NCBI RefSeq assembly: GCF_964204645.1
Contig: NC_134026.1
Span: 15,472,150 to 15,536,149 of the forward strand
Reading direction: 5' to 3'
Source of the DNA: Tubulanus polymorphus
Lineage: Eukaryota > Animalia > Nemertea
DNA: 64,000 nt
Shown here: piece by piece, positions 1 to 12,280 of the stretch
Layout of the letters: each line of letters opens with the position of its first letter
Numbering within the stretch: position 1 is the first letter of the stretch
Notes under the pieces: generated by a model
Told to the model about the DNA's origin: nothing
The model's database searches: none
The model's input: only the letters and a program-made list of their open reading frames with translations
Made by a program: the position numbers and the translations under genes

Positions 1-432
1 AAAGTAATGTTTATTATTCATTGAGAGATTTTATTTTGCAATATTTTTGAAAATGTTTCCAATCCCAATACTTTGGATGGGAAAATGGCCGACTGTGGTT
101 GGGTGACATGTCTTTGAGAGCTCCTGCAATTCAGGAATAATAGTATATTTCCCTGCAGTAATGTAAGTCATAAACTATTCTATCAAAAAGATAGAGATTC
201 AGGGATTGTTTCAGTGGTATATGGATAAAACTTTTAACTGGATTATGTGGATTTAGCAGTAAATTGTGACATGTTATGGTGAACAGTATATAGTGGAAAT
301 TTTCAAATTCAAGTGTCAATCTCAAAAGTCTGTGTTTGAGTGTTTCAGTGAACCGTGACTAGTAACTGTGGTGAAAACTTGTGAATATTTGTCTGCGTTT
401 CCTGGCACTTTGACATTCTCAAAGCCTGTAAC

Positions 433-1200
433 ATGTCGAACCAAACGAACTTGAAGGATCTACTGAAGCCGAATGATAATAAACCTAGCGACATAAACAA
501 AAGAAAAAGTCATAAATCAACCGAAATACAAGCTACAAATAGTGAATTGTGTGAATCAAAAAATGAATCAGAAAACTGTCTTGAATCAACAATAAATGGG
601 GATTCGATTGATCCTAATACTGAGGTCTTCATGGAAGAAAATTTGGGAGAAAGCAACAATGATTTAAATCCAAAAAAAAGGCTCTCGAGGACCTCCTAAA
701 AAAAAAACGGAAGGAGTGTAGCTCGACAGTTGGCTCAGATTCATCTGTAGAAAGTAGCCTTTCTTTCTTGTGCAAGTCGGTTGAACTTCTTACATCCAAA
801 ATGGATAGTCTGTCTAACATATAGTCCGAAATCATAGATCAAATGGAGTTAAAACTAAACAAACATTCCGAAATGATTCAAAATCTTGATTTTAGAACAG
901 AAGAAAGATTGTATGACCTTGAGCAGAAATTTATTGATAAGGACCGAATTATCAATGACTTAAGGTCGGAAAATGCTAATCTGTCGAGAGACTTCAAAAA
1001 TGAGAATAAGATACTTCATAGTGAAATCACTAAAGCACGTAATCTTGCGGTAGAAAACAACCAATATTCCCGCAGAAATCACATCAGACTATTCGGAGTA
1101 TCGGAGAACACCGACGAAAACTGTACAACAGTAGTCACAGAACTTCTTAATGAAAAATTGTCTCTTGCAAAAGAATTAGTAGCACGTTGCTCACCGCGTG
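433..1200 (+). pseudogene. LINE ORF1p-like (coiled coil + RRM start) fragment, frameshifted and 3'-truncated
   Basis: ORF 843..1286 has a coiled-coil stretch followed by NNQYSRRNHIRLFGVSE, matching the EQYSRRxNIRIxG motif of L1/CR1/L2-type ORF1p; upstream ORF 433..699 probably joins across A-run frameshifts. Confidence 0.65.
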
Positions 1201-3987
1201 AATTGATGACCCGCAATAAATTTTTTATGAATTTTGCAGTAAGTTACTTTTCAGTACATTGTGTGAGAGAATGCATGGAAGTATGAATGAATCTTCTTTC
1301 TTTTTCTAATGTAACACTTTTTTGGGGGTGGTATATCCTACAAGCTATGCTTTTTTATATCTTCCCCTCTGATAAATTATGTCAATTTATACTGAATTTG
1401 TGCAAAAACATGATAATTTATAAATTGTATATTATTTGTTATAAATTGCTATAATTTTCAGAAAATAAATAAATAATAAATAAAGTTTGAATACGTTGGA
1501 CAACCATTTTTAGTCTTCTCCATGAAGTTTTTGCTGTGGCTGTTATTCATCTGCTTTTAAGAGGTATTCATTGGTATGCAGTTTGACACTGGAGTGATTG
1601 GATAGAGCATCAAACATATACCTCAAAAGGAATTACCAGCGAAAAGTTTCAGCTCATGTTGATCTTTGAGAAAATAAGCCCAGAAAACAAGCATATTTTA
1701 GGATCAAGACAGTATTGAATTCTAAATTACATTTCAGCACAAGTAATGACATATATATTTGTTATTCATGTAAATGTAATTGATACGTTTAAAAACACTG
1801 ATCCAGCCCGCCCAGCCAGTCGGGACCTGTTCCGTTTCCCAAACTGGAACTTCCAATTACCTCAATGAAGTCTCAAGGTCCATGGGTCTCTTGTTAATAT
1901 AATCGTTTTTTTCTGTTTTAGTCACCTGAAACTGGGCAGCGATGTCTGTGTGTACCGTATGTCTGATCCAGAGCGTGGCCAAGGAAGAATTATCACAAAT
2001 CAAGACAATGATGATGAAATGGATATGCAGTGAGAACATATATCTTGTATACAATTCAATTCAAATGGATTATGTTTATGTCAATTTCAAGCCAATATCA
2101 CATGAAAGTTTTAATAAAGGATTAACATTCTATTCATTTAAAAGTATATTGATACTCGTCCATAATTTTGTTTGGTGAATAATTAGGCAGCTTCAGGTTA
2201 AGCAGTTATCCGCGATGTTTCAAGGTGCCATTAAATACCCACGTATTGGACGATACCATGTATAGTGACAGGCGATTTATGACCCTAAAATCCATGGAAA
2301 CCCCTTTCTGATTTTGAGGGGATGTATGAGGTCTGTATGTCTGGCTGACTATTCAAATTTCAGGTGCGTTGGAATTTTTGATTGCCAATTGCCTTTTTTC
2401 TACAAAATATTGTTGTTTACTTTAATTTCGTCAAAAAATGTATAGAAAGAAAATAAAACGTTTTTCAGTAAATTGTTGAGCTGCTGTAGTCGCTACGGTT
2501 CCAACGTCACTGAATTTAATTGACCATTCAAAACATTGTGAGATAACATCTTCTATATCTTTTCTTCATTACTATATGTTATATCATACTATCATTCAAA
2601 ACTACAAATGAAATCTACATCCATTAAGGAAAAACGAATGCCCATTTTCAAATAATTCGGTTATAATGTTATGCGTTGATACGTGTATAACCAGGTGACA
2701 CCACCATTATTGGGAAAAATTCTTTTTGCATTATTAAAGAACAGTAACCAAATGTTTCAAAACAGTATTTTTATCGGTAAAGGACCGGAGTGACTGAAAA
2801 GAATGCAACCGAGTTTTTATTAGACCAGCCTATTACTATTCAAATGGAGCGAATTTAAATGACATGGTTTCCAGAGCAAAGGCTCTTTGAATGTGCAACT
2901 GGGCATATCATACAGATCATTCAATAAAGCATTATCCATTCTCCAATCACGACGTAGCTGAATTTTGAAAGATGGCCTCGTTAAAATTTATATGAGCTTT
3001 TTCGCGAATATCTGATTGCAAAAATATTGGTTTTGAAAAGCCAATCAGAAAGCAAAGACTTTATGATTGGCTTAGCCGCAGAAATCAGCATGTGTTCACG
3101 TGAACCCGCCATATCGTCTACTGTTTTACTTCCGGATTTTATTTTAAGATCTAAAATTGTATTTCAAGATCGATTTCTGCGAAGGCTTTTAGTTGATTTT
3201 GTTTTTGGGAGGAATATTTTTATTAGCACTACAGAAAATATCATTGACCATTGTGCAAGGTCTGGGAAAAATTGCTTTTTCTCAAATCGGATAGATGACC
3301 TAGATATGCTAATTAGCCATGTGCTCAAACTAAAAATTCAATCAAATTTTATTCTGCAATAAAATATCAAATCCAATTCAATTTTACTTTATTGAACAAA
3401 TAAAAACATCAAATCCAATTCAATTTTGTTTTATTGAGCAAATTTCTGAAAATTCAATTAAAATCATTAAAATCAATAAGACCAAGGGAAAAGATTTATC
3501 TGAGGTATTTGTTCCTGCTAGATCCAGTCGCTGTCTATGCTACTCTTGTATTCTACGATTGTATTGTGTAAATTATTAGATATTGACTCTGAGCTGGGAG
3601 TGTATTTTGACAAATTTAACCCACAGAATGCATCATCATTTGCCATTTTATGAAAAGCTGACAGGCTGGCCGTTGTATCGGCAGGCTGGCTGTGGAACTA
3701 GCATTTGCACCAGCGGTACATGATTCCATCCATCAGGAACAACAAGGCATTTAAACCTTATATGTACAATCTTTATTGCATCCCGGAATGAAAATGAATA
3801 TCATAACTTTACATAGTCTTTATGTACAGAATCGTGAGTATGATGTTAGGACTAAGTTGTAGACATCATGGCTCACAAACTAACACCTAGTGACATGTTT
3901 GAGAGACATTAATTGATTATTGATGAGCACTGACTAGAGCTAATTACTATGAAAACATATTGAGTAATGTCACATGTTGATTACGAT

Positions 3988-4387
3988 AGTAATAGGGATA
4001 ATAGGCTTTCAGATCAAAGGTCGAAGGGTCGAGCTTGTAAAAAAATGAAAATAACAATAATTTACAGTTGAATTAGTCGCGCACACTCCTAATTCAACTG
4101 TAAATTATTGTTATTTTCATTTTTTACTCACTCGCCCCTTCAACCTTTAACCTGAAAGCCTATTATCCCTATTACTCTTAAAATAATCATGTAAATGAAT
4201 AACATTTAAATTGACAGATTATTCAATATAAAAGTGTGAGCTCTTATAGAATAGATATATAGATATATTTACAACATTATTTCAATATTTATATTTGTAT
4301 GAGTTAGATTTTTAAACATTAAAAGTGTTAGTAAAGTGTGATTGAAATAATACATGATATAAATCATTGAACTTCTAAAATCAATTT
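3988..4387 (+). repeat. Left terminal inverted repeat of the Polinton (~400 bp)
   Basis: Near-exact reverse complement of ~32985-33384; outer 189 bp (3988-4176) self-complementary. Confidence 0.95.
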
Positions 4388-4409
4388 AGTAAAAAAATAT
4401 GTATAATAA

Positions 4410-5063
4410 ATGGAACCAGAACAACCACAAACTATCAATATAACAAATAACGCTGGTGTTATAAATATATACTACAAGAAGTGTTCTAAGTGTGAAATAG
4501 ATAAATTAGCTATAACAGAATTTAGTAAGCGTAAGATTAGCAAAGATGGTTTTCAATATTGTTGTAAAACTTGCACTAAACTATATACCAAACAATATCG
4601 AGAAGATAATAGAGAAGCTTACAATGATTATATGACAGAATATATGAGAGAAAGATATCAAACAGATCTTAATTTTAGATTGAAACAATGCTTAAGATCT
4701 AGATTAACACAATTATTCAACAAAGAAACACATTCAGAAACACTATCTAATTTATTGGGTTATTCAGATGAATTTCTCAAATCATGGATTATATTTCAAT
4801 TCGATGATAAAATGAATATAGATAATTATGGTGAATACTTTCATATTGATCACGTGTTGCCGATTTCTAAATTTAACATGAATGATGAATACAATAAAAA
4901 ACTTATTTGGAGTTGGAAAAATTTAAGACCTTTAGAAAAGAAGGAAAACATAATTAAATCTAATAAACTAGATATACAGTTATATTTAGATCAACTGGAT
5001 AAAGCAAAGACATTTGTTGAATTATGGAACTCAACACATAATGAAAAATACGTTGAAGCTTGA
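4410..5063 (+). CDS. HNH endonuclease-like protein with N-terminal Cys motifs (NCLDV/Polinton type)
   Basis: CSKC...CKTC Zn motifs, then FHIDHVLP...NLRPL...EN..K HNH-like core; intact 217-aa ORF. Confidence 0.8.
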   Translation: MEPEQPQTINITNNAGVINIYYKKCSKCEIDKLAITEFSKRKISKDGFQYCCKTCTKLYTKQYREDNREAYNDYMTEYMRERYQTDLNFRLKQCLRSRLTQLFNKETHSETLSNLLGYSDEFLKSWIIFQFDDKMNIDNYGEYFHIDHVLPISKFNMNDEYNKKLIWSWKNLRPLEKKENIIKSNKLDIQLYLDQLDKAKTFVELWNSTHNEKYVEA

Positions 5064-5503
5064 GCGCTTAGAAATCCGGTTACTCTCGATCTATGTCAAA
5101 TCGCTATATGTAATTGTATTAGGTTGTTTTCAAAAACATCTGTCGCATGTTATATTCAGTTGAATGGGGTGTATCTCATTTGAATATTGATCGAATGTGC
5201 TATTTCAGTTGAAAAGGATTAATCAATTATATTACAAAGGAACATCTGTTGCTTAGACAGACAGTTCCTGGTATATTGAGCGCAGTCGCATTACAACATA
5301 CGAACTGAACAGACGCAATATATAGAACGTATAAGATTTCTCTCTAGAAACAAAATTAGGAGTTTACAGTTATTAATGTAAGTACTGTTTTTGTTGTTAT
5401 TAAGACGCAGGGAAACGTTAAACATGTTTAAGTGCTGTAATTGATATTTGACAACTACAACTTCAAGTTAGTTTTATTCTACATTATAGATATTTAGTAA
5501 AAA

Positions 5504-6214
5504 ATGTCATACAGATCAAGAACTCCACCATCTACTCCAAATCTAACGCAAGAAAGTGATGAGCCAGAATGTATGGATGTCAACACGCCATCATCACAAG
5601 AAACTGTAATAGATATAGAAGAAAAAAATATCGAAAAACTCAGGAAACATATGGATTATTATAAACAATAAGTGTCAATTTTGGACGAAGTAATTACAAC
5701 CAAACAATCAAAGATACAAGAATTACCAAAAATACCAACGCCAAGTTTAAAAACATTATTAGGACTTAAAGAAAATAGAATCAAATTGAGCGGTTATGAA
5801 CTACACGAATATTTAAAATCAAAATTATTGGATCATAGAGATTTATCGAACTTTAGTGAAATAGACGTGCAATTATTTTCGGAAATTAGTGGATTCCTGA
5901 TAAGCGAGTATGAAAAGTTGTTAACTAAACAAACAAATCATCTTTGGGATTTTATAATTTTTGGGAATTCCTTGAATAAAGGGTTTGTTCTTTTTCATTC
6001 GACTCAAACTATAAATATTTCATGGGCTAATTGGGTTAAAGAAAATATACATATTAGTGTCGGGCATGAAAGAAAACTTAGAGGGATTGGGAAATTATAT
6101 TCATTTAAAAAATTTCAATTATTGGGTTTACCATTTCCTACCGTCATTAATCATTTGACAGAAATCGAAAAAATGTTTGAAAATTACCCCGAAATCAAAG
6201 AATTCTGGTTATAA
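5504..6214 (+). pseudogene. Polinton hypothetical protein with one in-frame stop
   Basis: ATG at 5504 (MSYRSRTPPSTP...) is in frame with ORF 5672..6214; a single TAA at 5669-5671 interrupts it. Confidence 0.6.
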
Positions 6215-6790
6215 TTATAAAATCCCAAAGATGATTTGTAACAGTAGTTGTTTTTCATACTATGTAGATTTTTTAATGTATTATATTTACCCTATTTGCA
6301 TTTTCTATTATTCTATATTCAACCGTTGTTAATGTCACGCACAGATTCCTGCATTCCACACATACCTTACCGCGCATGAAATGCGCGGCTTGGAATGTGG
6401 AAATCGATAATGATTGTAGAATAAAATATATGTGTTTATGAAATAGTATTTCCACCAGTCGTTTCTTTGAATTTATTTTCAGTTTTAGGATTTATTATCG
6501 AGAATCCGAAATGACTTATCTGGACATTTATAATTACGGTGATATTAAATCCTAATTTAAATAAAATATAATAAAAAAACAATAACTTCAACTAGCTAGT
6601 GAATTCTATTATATTTTTAATATTTTCTTTTCAAAAGAAAATACTTTATATTTTGAATAGATTCAAATAGAAATTCTTTAAATTCAAATAGCTAGTATCA
6701 GTAGTCAATACTAGAATTCTTTAACTTTAACTATCTAGTATCATTTTATAATACTTATAATATTTTTCTTATTAAATTTCTCTAATATAA

Positions 6791-7393
6791 ATGTCAAAGA
6801 AATCGAGTAAGAATAGTATTGATATTGAAAAAACATTAGATGATTTGGGTATTAGTGATAATAAAGATACAGTTGTTTCTAATTCTATTCAAGTTAATAA
6901 CAATATTGATTATGAATACTATTTATATTGTAAGCACCATCTTCAATTATTAATTGCTGGCGGGAAATCTAAGGATTTCTTGGGAAAAATTTTAACTTAT
7001 CAAGAACTAGATGCTATGAAACCCTATAAAGTAATAAAATATTTTAAGATTTATGAAGAGGCAAGATTGGCCCGAATAAATGATTCTATTTCAGATGGTA
7101 TTGTCAAATGTTATTCTAAATTATGTAACCAGTTAATACCAATTGATGATGAAAATAAATTATATAGTGATTTGAAAAATGACTATTTAGTTATGACTGA
7201 ATTACAAAAATGGGTTGGATATGCTTCATTTCAATTAGGATCGGTTATGACATTAATTTCTACTGGTGTCATAACATTTTCGAATATCAAGCCTATGGAA
7301 TATAAATCAGGTAAGAACGAAACAGATGTACTACAACCAAACAGCGAAACAGAAAATGAATCAGAACAAAAATTAACTAAAATAAATGAGTGA
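6791..7393 (+). CDS. Polinton hypothetical protein, 200 aa, hydrophobic segment near C-terminus
   Basis: Intact ORF in AT-rich DNA, TAAATG start, overlaps next ORF. Confidence 0.75.
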   Translation: MSKKSSKNSIDIEKTLDDLGISDNKDTVVSNSIQVNNNIDYEYYLYCKHHLQLLIAGGKSKDFLGKILTYQELDAMKPYKVIKYFKIYEEARLARINDSISDGIVKCYSKLCNQLIPIDDENKLYSDLKNDYLVMTELQKWVGYASFQLGSVMTLISTGVITFSNIKPMEYKSGKNETDVLQPNSETENESEQKLTKINE

Positions 7394-7754
7394 TAGCGTT
7401 AAGAAAAAGGCTAGATCCGAGAAACAAATTAAATGGGCAAGAGAATTAGGTAAAAGATCTTCAGAATTAAAAAAAGCTAAGAAAAAGAAATTAACTGATA
7501 TAAATGAATCACAGACTTTATCTGATATTGATTCAAATAATAATCCATCTAATTCTTCTAATGCTGGAAGTAATTATAAATTATATATTACAATTGGATT
7601 AGTAACAGTTATTGTATTATCCAGTGTAATATATATATCAAAATTCAAATCTGATGATAAAGATGATTCCAATGACAATAAACCTATCATACCAGAAAAT
7701 AAGTCAAATCATAAAGTCATTGAAACTAAATCTAAATTATTATTAATGGATTAA
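7386..7754 (+). CDS. Small basic single-pass membrane protein
   Basis: Lys/Arg-rich N-terminus and hydrophobic LYITIGLVTVIVLSSVIYI segment; TAAATG start. Confidence 0.7.
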   Translation: MSDSVKKKARSEKQIKWARELGKRSSELKKAKKKKLTDINESQTLSDIDSNNNPSNSSNAGSNYKLYITIGLVTVIVLSSVIYISKFKSDDKDDSNDNKPIIPENKSNHKVIETKSKLLLMD

Positions 7755-7760
7755 AATAAG

Positions 7761-8814
7761 ATGAAAAAAGAACAATATTTAAGAGATTTATATTACAACC
7801 CAGAAAGTGAAGCATCATATTCTAACGTTTCAGAATTATGGAATAAAATTAAATCTGATAATGAAAATGGTAATATAAAATATAGTGAACTAAGATTATG
7901 GTTACAAAATCAACCAACATATCAAATACACAAGAAAATGGATAAAACTTATTTAACAAGAAAAGTTATGGTTTCATATATTGATCAACAATGGCAAGCA
8001 GATTTAATTGACATGAAGAACTTAGAAGAATACAACAAAGGATATTTCTGGATACTGAATGTTATAGACATATTCAGTAGATACGCATGGTCAATTCCAA
8101 TCAAAAATAAAACTGGTATAGAAGTGACAAATGCTTTTAAATCAATATTTAAAGAAGCTATTCCAGATAAGATACAATTTGATGAAGGTAAGGAATTTTA
8201 GAACAAACATTTTAAAAAACTATTATCTGATAACGATGTAGATTATTTTTCAACACACTCAGATAAAAAAGCATCTATTATAGAAAGATTTAATAAAACA
8301 TTGAAAACTAGAATGTGGAAATATTTTACTGCTAATGAAACATATAAATATATCGATGTATTAGATGATTTAGTGAAAGGTTATAATAATTCTAAACATA
8401 GTTCTATAAATATGAAACCTATACAAGCTAGAAAAGAAGATAATTCAGAAATAGTTTGGAATAATTTATATGGAGCGTTTGTTACACATGATTTCGGTGA
8501 ACCTAAATTTAAAATTGGACAACACGTAAGAATAGTTAAATATAGAAAAACATTTTATAAAGGTAACATTAACTAAACCTTTTGTTTATAAATTAGAAGA
8601 TCTAAAAGATGAAGAAATATTAGGTTATTTCTATGAACAAGAATTATCACTTGTACCAAATCCAGATGAAATAGAATACAAAATAGAAAAAGTATTGAAA
8701 ACAAAAACTCTTAAAGGAAAAAAGTATTCTTTGGTGAAATATAAAGGATATGATGATAAATTTAATGAATGGATTTTATCTAGTAAAATTAAAAGAAGAT
8801 TTATTTATATTTGA
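7761..8814 (+). pseudogene. Polinton retroviral-like (rve) integrase with C-terminal chromodomain, disrupted
   Basis: WQADLID, IDIFSRYAW, IQFDEGKEF, IERFNKTLK (DDE triad); in-frame TAG at 8199-8201; break near 8576; then YKIEKVLK...LVKYKGYDDKFNEWI chromodomain. Confidence 0.93.
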
Positions 8815-9400
8815 ACCGCATAATATGTTATTTACTGGAGTAACCAATTGTGGTAAAACACATTTCATATTAGATTTGTTAGAAACTATTTATAAGAATC
8901 ATTTTGATAATATAATATTATTCTGTCCTACTTATGAAATGAATAAAACATATAATAGAGATATAGTTAAAATAAAAAAGTTTATTATATTAAATCCTAA
9001 AACAGTAATAGAAAATTTAGATTATTGTATAAAAATAGCAATTGATACTTATAAAGGATCAAATACATTATTCATTGTAGATGATTGCGCAAATTTACAT
9101 GATTCAAAAGTGAGAGAAAGTGAGTTATGTTATTTAGCTTTCTCTGGGAGACATTTTTGGATAACAACATGGGTTTTAAATCAAAAATATAATTCACTTG
9201 TTAAAGACTTTAGGGAGAATATAAGATTTCTAGTTTTATTCTACAATAAAGATAGAAAATCTATGCAACAATCATTGGAAGAAAATCAAATTATACCTAC
9301 TGAATTACATGATGAATATATGAATAAATTAAAGAATAATAAAGGTTCAAAATTATTACTGAGATTACGATTTCCATATGAATATAAATATATAAAATAA
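8750..9400 (+). CDS. A32/FtsK-like DNA packaging ATPase (5' end uncertain)
   Basis: Walker A GVTNCGKT, Walker B FIVDD, then SGRH and NQKY motifs typical of Polinton ATPases. Confidence 0.9.
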   Translation: MMINLMNGFYLVKLKEDLFIFEPHNMLFTGVTNCGKTHFILDLLETIYKNHFDNIILFCPTYEMNKTYNRDIVKIKKFIILNPKTVIENLDYCIKIAIDTYKGSNTLFIVDDCANLHDSKVRESELCYLAFSGRHFWITTWVLNQKYNSLVKDFRENIRFLVLFYNKDRKSMQQSLEENQIIPTELHDEYMNKLKNNKGSKLLLRLRFPYEYKYIK

Positions 9401-9419
9401 CTATTTATAATTTGGAATA

Positions 9420-10775
9420 TTGGTTTTTTGACAATTCATTTTTTGGATTTGTCGCCCACGACAATTCAATATTTTGGTTTTATCGCCCGCGACAATTTTT
9501 TTCTCTTTTTGTCGCGGTTTAATCGCCTGCGACACTTCAATATTTTGGTTTTATCGCCCGCGACAATTCATTATTTTGGCTTTATCGCCCGCGACAATTC
9601 ATTAGTTTTGTTTTGTCGCCTGCGACGATTGAATATTTTGGTTTTGTCGCCCGCGACAATTCATGATTTTGGTTTTATCGCCCGCGACAATTCATTTTTT
9701 TGGTTTTATCGCCTGCGACAATTTATTATTTTGGTTTTATCGCCCGCAACAATTCATTAGTTTGGTTTTTTCGCCCGCGACAATTCAAGATTTTGGTTTT
9801 GTCGCCCGCGACAATTCATTATTTTGGTTTTGTCGCACGCGACAATGGCGACAATTCAAGATTTTGGTTTTATCGCCCGCGACAATTCATTTTTTTGGAT
9901 TTGTCGCCCACGACAATTCAATATTTTGGTTTTATCGCCCGCGACAATTTTTTTCTCTTTTTGTCGCGGTTTTATCGCCTGCGACACTTCAATATTTTGG
10001 TTTTATCGCCCGCGACAATTCATTATTTTGGCTTTATCGCCCGCGACAATTCATTAGTTTGGTTTTGTCGCCTGCGACAATTCATTAGTTTGGTTTTTTC
10101 GCCCGCGACAATTCAAGATTTTGGTTTTGTCGCCCGCGACAATTCATTATTTTGGTTTTGTCGCACGCGACAATGGCGACAATTCAAGATTTTGGTTTTA
10201 TCACCCGCGACAATTCATTTTTTTGGATTTGTCGCCCACGACAATTCAATATTTTGGTTTTATCGCCCGCGACAATTTTTTTCTCTTTTTGTCGCGGTTT
10301 TATCGCCTGCGACACTTCAATATTTTGGTTTTATCGCCCGCGACAATTCATTATTTTGGCTTTATCGCCCGCGACAATTCATTAGTTTGGTTTTGTCGCC
10401 TGCGACAATTGAATATTTTGGTTTTGTCACCCGCGACAATTCATGATTTTGTTTTTATCGCACGCGACAATTCATTTTTTTGGTTTTATCGCCTGCGACA
10501 ATTTATTATTTTGGTTTTATCGCCCGCGACAATTCATTAGTTTGTTTTTGTTGCCCGCGACAATTGAATATTTTGGTTTTGTCGCCCGCGACAATTCATT
10601 ATTTTGGATTTATCCCCCGCGACAATTCATTTTTTTGGTTTTGTCGCCCGCGACAATTGAATATTTTGGTTTTATCGCCAGCGACAATTGATTATTTTGG
10701 TTTTATCGCCCGCGACAATTGATTATTTTGGTTTTATCGCCCGCGACAATTAATTTTTTTGGTTTTGTCGCCCAC
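9420..10775 (+). repeat. 31-bp tandem satellite array 1
   Basis: Consensus TTTTGGTTTTATCGCCCGCGACAATTCATTA repeated head to tail, with ~330-bp higher-order duplications. Confidence 0.97.
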
Positions 10776-10863
10776 ATTATTAGCTTTTGAATAATTAGGC
10801 CAATTAATAACGTTATAAAGACTTATGCTTTCGCCTATTTTGAAGTCGATTAATCTGATATTG

Positions 10864-11280
10864 TACGGAAGCGATAAAGGGCCTCGAGTTTTCATGTTCA
10901 AACTCGACAAGTCGCCATATTTATGTCGATATATCGCGATATATTGTGTCAAGTCCACATGAATATGTCTACATATCGTGACGTTTTCACGACAAATTTC
11001 GCTTATTTGCTCATTTTCCACGGGACAAGCCGTCATTTGAAGACATGTCTAAATGTAAGATGAGGACGCCAGTAATATGACGACTGAGTTTCAAGTCGTC
11101 ATGAATATGTCGACTTGTCGCGAGGAAAATGGTTAAGAAAACGAAATATGTCGTCAAAACGTCACGATATATCGACATATTCATGTCGACTTGACGCGAT
11201 ATATCGCGGTATGTCGACAATAATATGGCGACTTGTCGAGTTGGAACGTGTCATCTCCGAGGCCCCTTATCGCTTCCGTA
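10864..11280. mobile_element. MITE with TACGGAAGCGATAA terminal inverted repeats
   Basis: TACGGAAGCGATAAAGGGCCTCG at 10864 and CGAGGCCCCTTATCGCTTCCGTA ending 11280, with extended internal inverted similarity; a partial second copy starts at 11386. Confidence 0.8.
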
Positions 11281-11759
11281 GATATAGTGTCGAATATTAA
11301 GGTCATTTTGGCAGATTCTTTTTTTTTTAAAGTGATATTAAAGCGATCATTCAAGCATTCAAGTGATCCTACTTAATGAAAGATCTACGGAAGCGATAAA
11401 GGGCCTCGAGTTGTTGCGTTCCAACTCGACAAGTCGCCATATTTATGTCGATATATCTCATCAATTCGACATGAATATGTCGACATATCGTGACGTTTTG
11501 ACGACTTGAAACTCAGTCGTCATATCACTGGCGTCCTCATCTTTCAGCAACGCCAGTCACATGGAGTCGTAGGTGTTCTACTTTCTGCGACGCAACACGA
11601 CTGTCACAACCAACCGACGCTCTTGCGACTGGCAGAAACTAGTCGCACACAATCGTATTGCAAGCGACTTGCATCAAAACTTGCGATGCAACGCGAGGAT
11701 CGCATCGTGTCACAAGAACAACCTACGTCTGGCTTTAAGTTACTGCGGAGCACCAGAAA

Positions 11760-12280
11760 TTATCTTTTTTTTCGTTCAAAAGACCTTTGCTTGAAAATTC
11801 TTTCGTCGGAACAAAATTTATTTCGTTCGAACCAATAATATTCTATACAATTGAACCAATTTGAAAAAATCGTTAGAACAAAGTTGAACAAACTTTTTTT
11901 TGTCCAAACGAAAGGTTTTTCGTTCGAACAATCATTCAATTGAACAGAATCGTTTTAATTTGAACAGAATTTTCTTGTCAGAGCATTAAGTTTTTCGTTC
12001 GAACAAGTATATTGAAAAAAGTTTCCGAAAGTATTAAGTATTTCGTTCAATCGAACAGAATTGTTTTCATTCAAACATTCGTTCGAAAAAAATTGTTTTC
12101 GCTCAACCAAATTTGTTTTCATTTCAACAATAACATAGCTTTTTATTCGAACACATTTTTTGTCAGAATGAAGAAAATTTTTGGTTCAAGCAAAAAGCGT
12201 ATTGTTCTATCAAACAGAATTATTTTCTTTCGAACAAGATTTTCTTGTTGGAACATTAAGTTTTTTGGTCGAACAGCGCG
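11760..12280 (+). repeat. Degenerate TTCGTTCGAAC-containing tandem repeat
   Basis: Recurring TTTTCGTTCGAACA-like motifs. Confidence 0.65.

Noticed and set aside
1300-3980. Short ORFs 1857..2178 and 3027..3362 as host genes
   Set aside because: No motifs; isolated small host exons cannot be excluded but cannot be supported from sequence alone.
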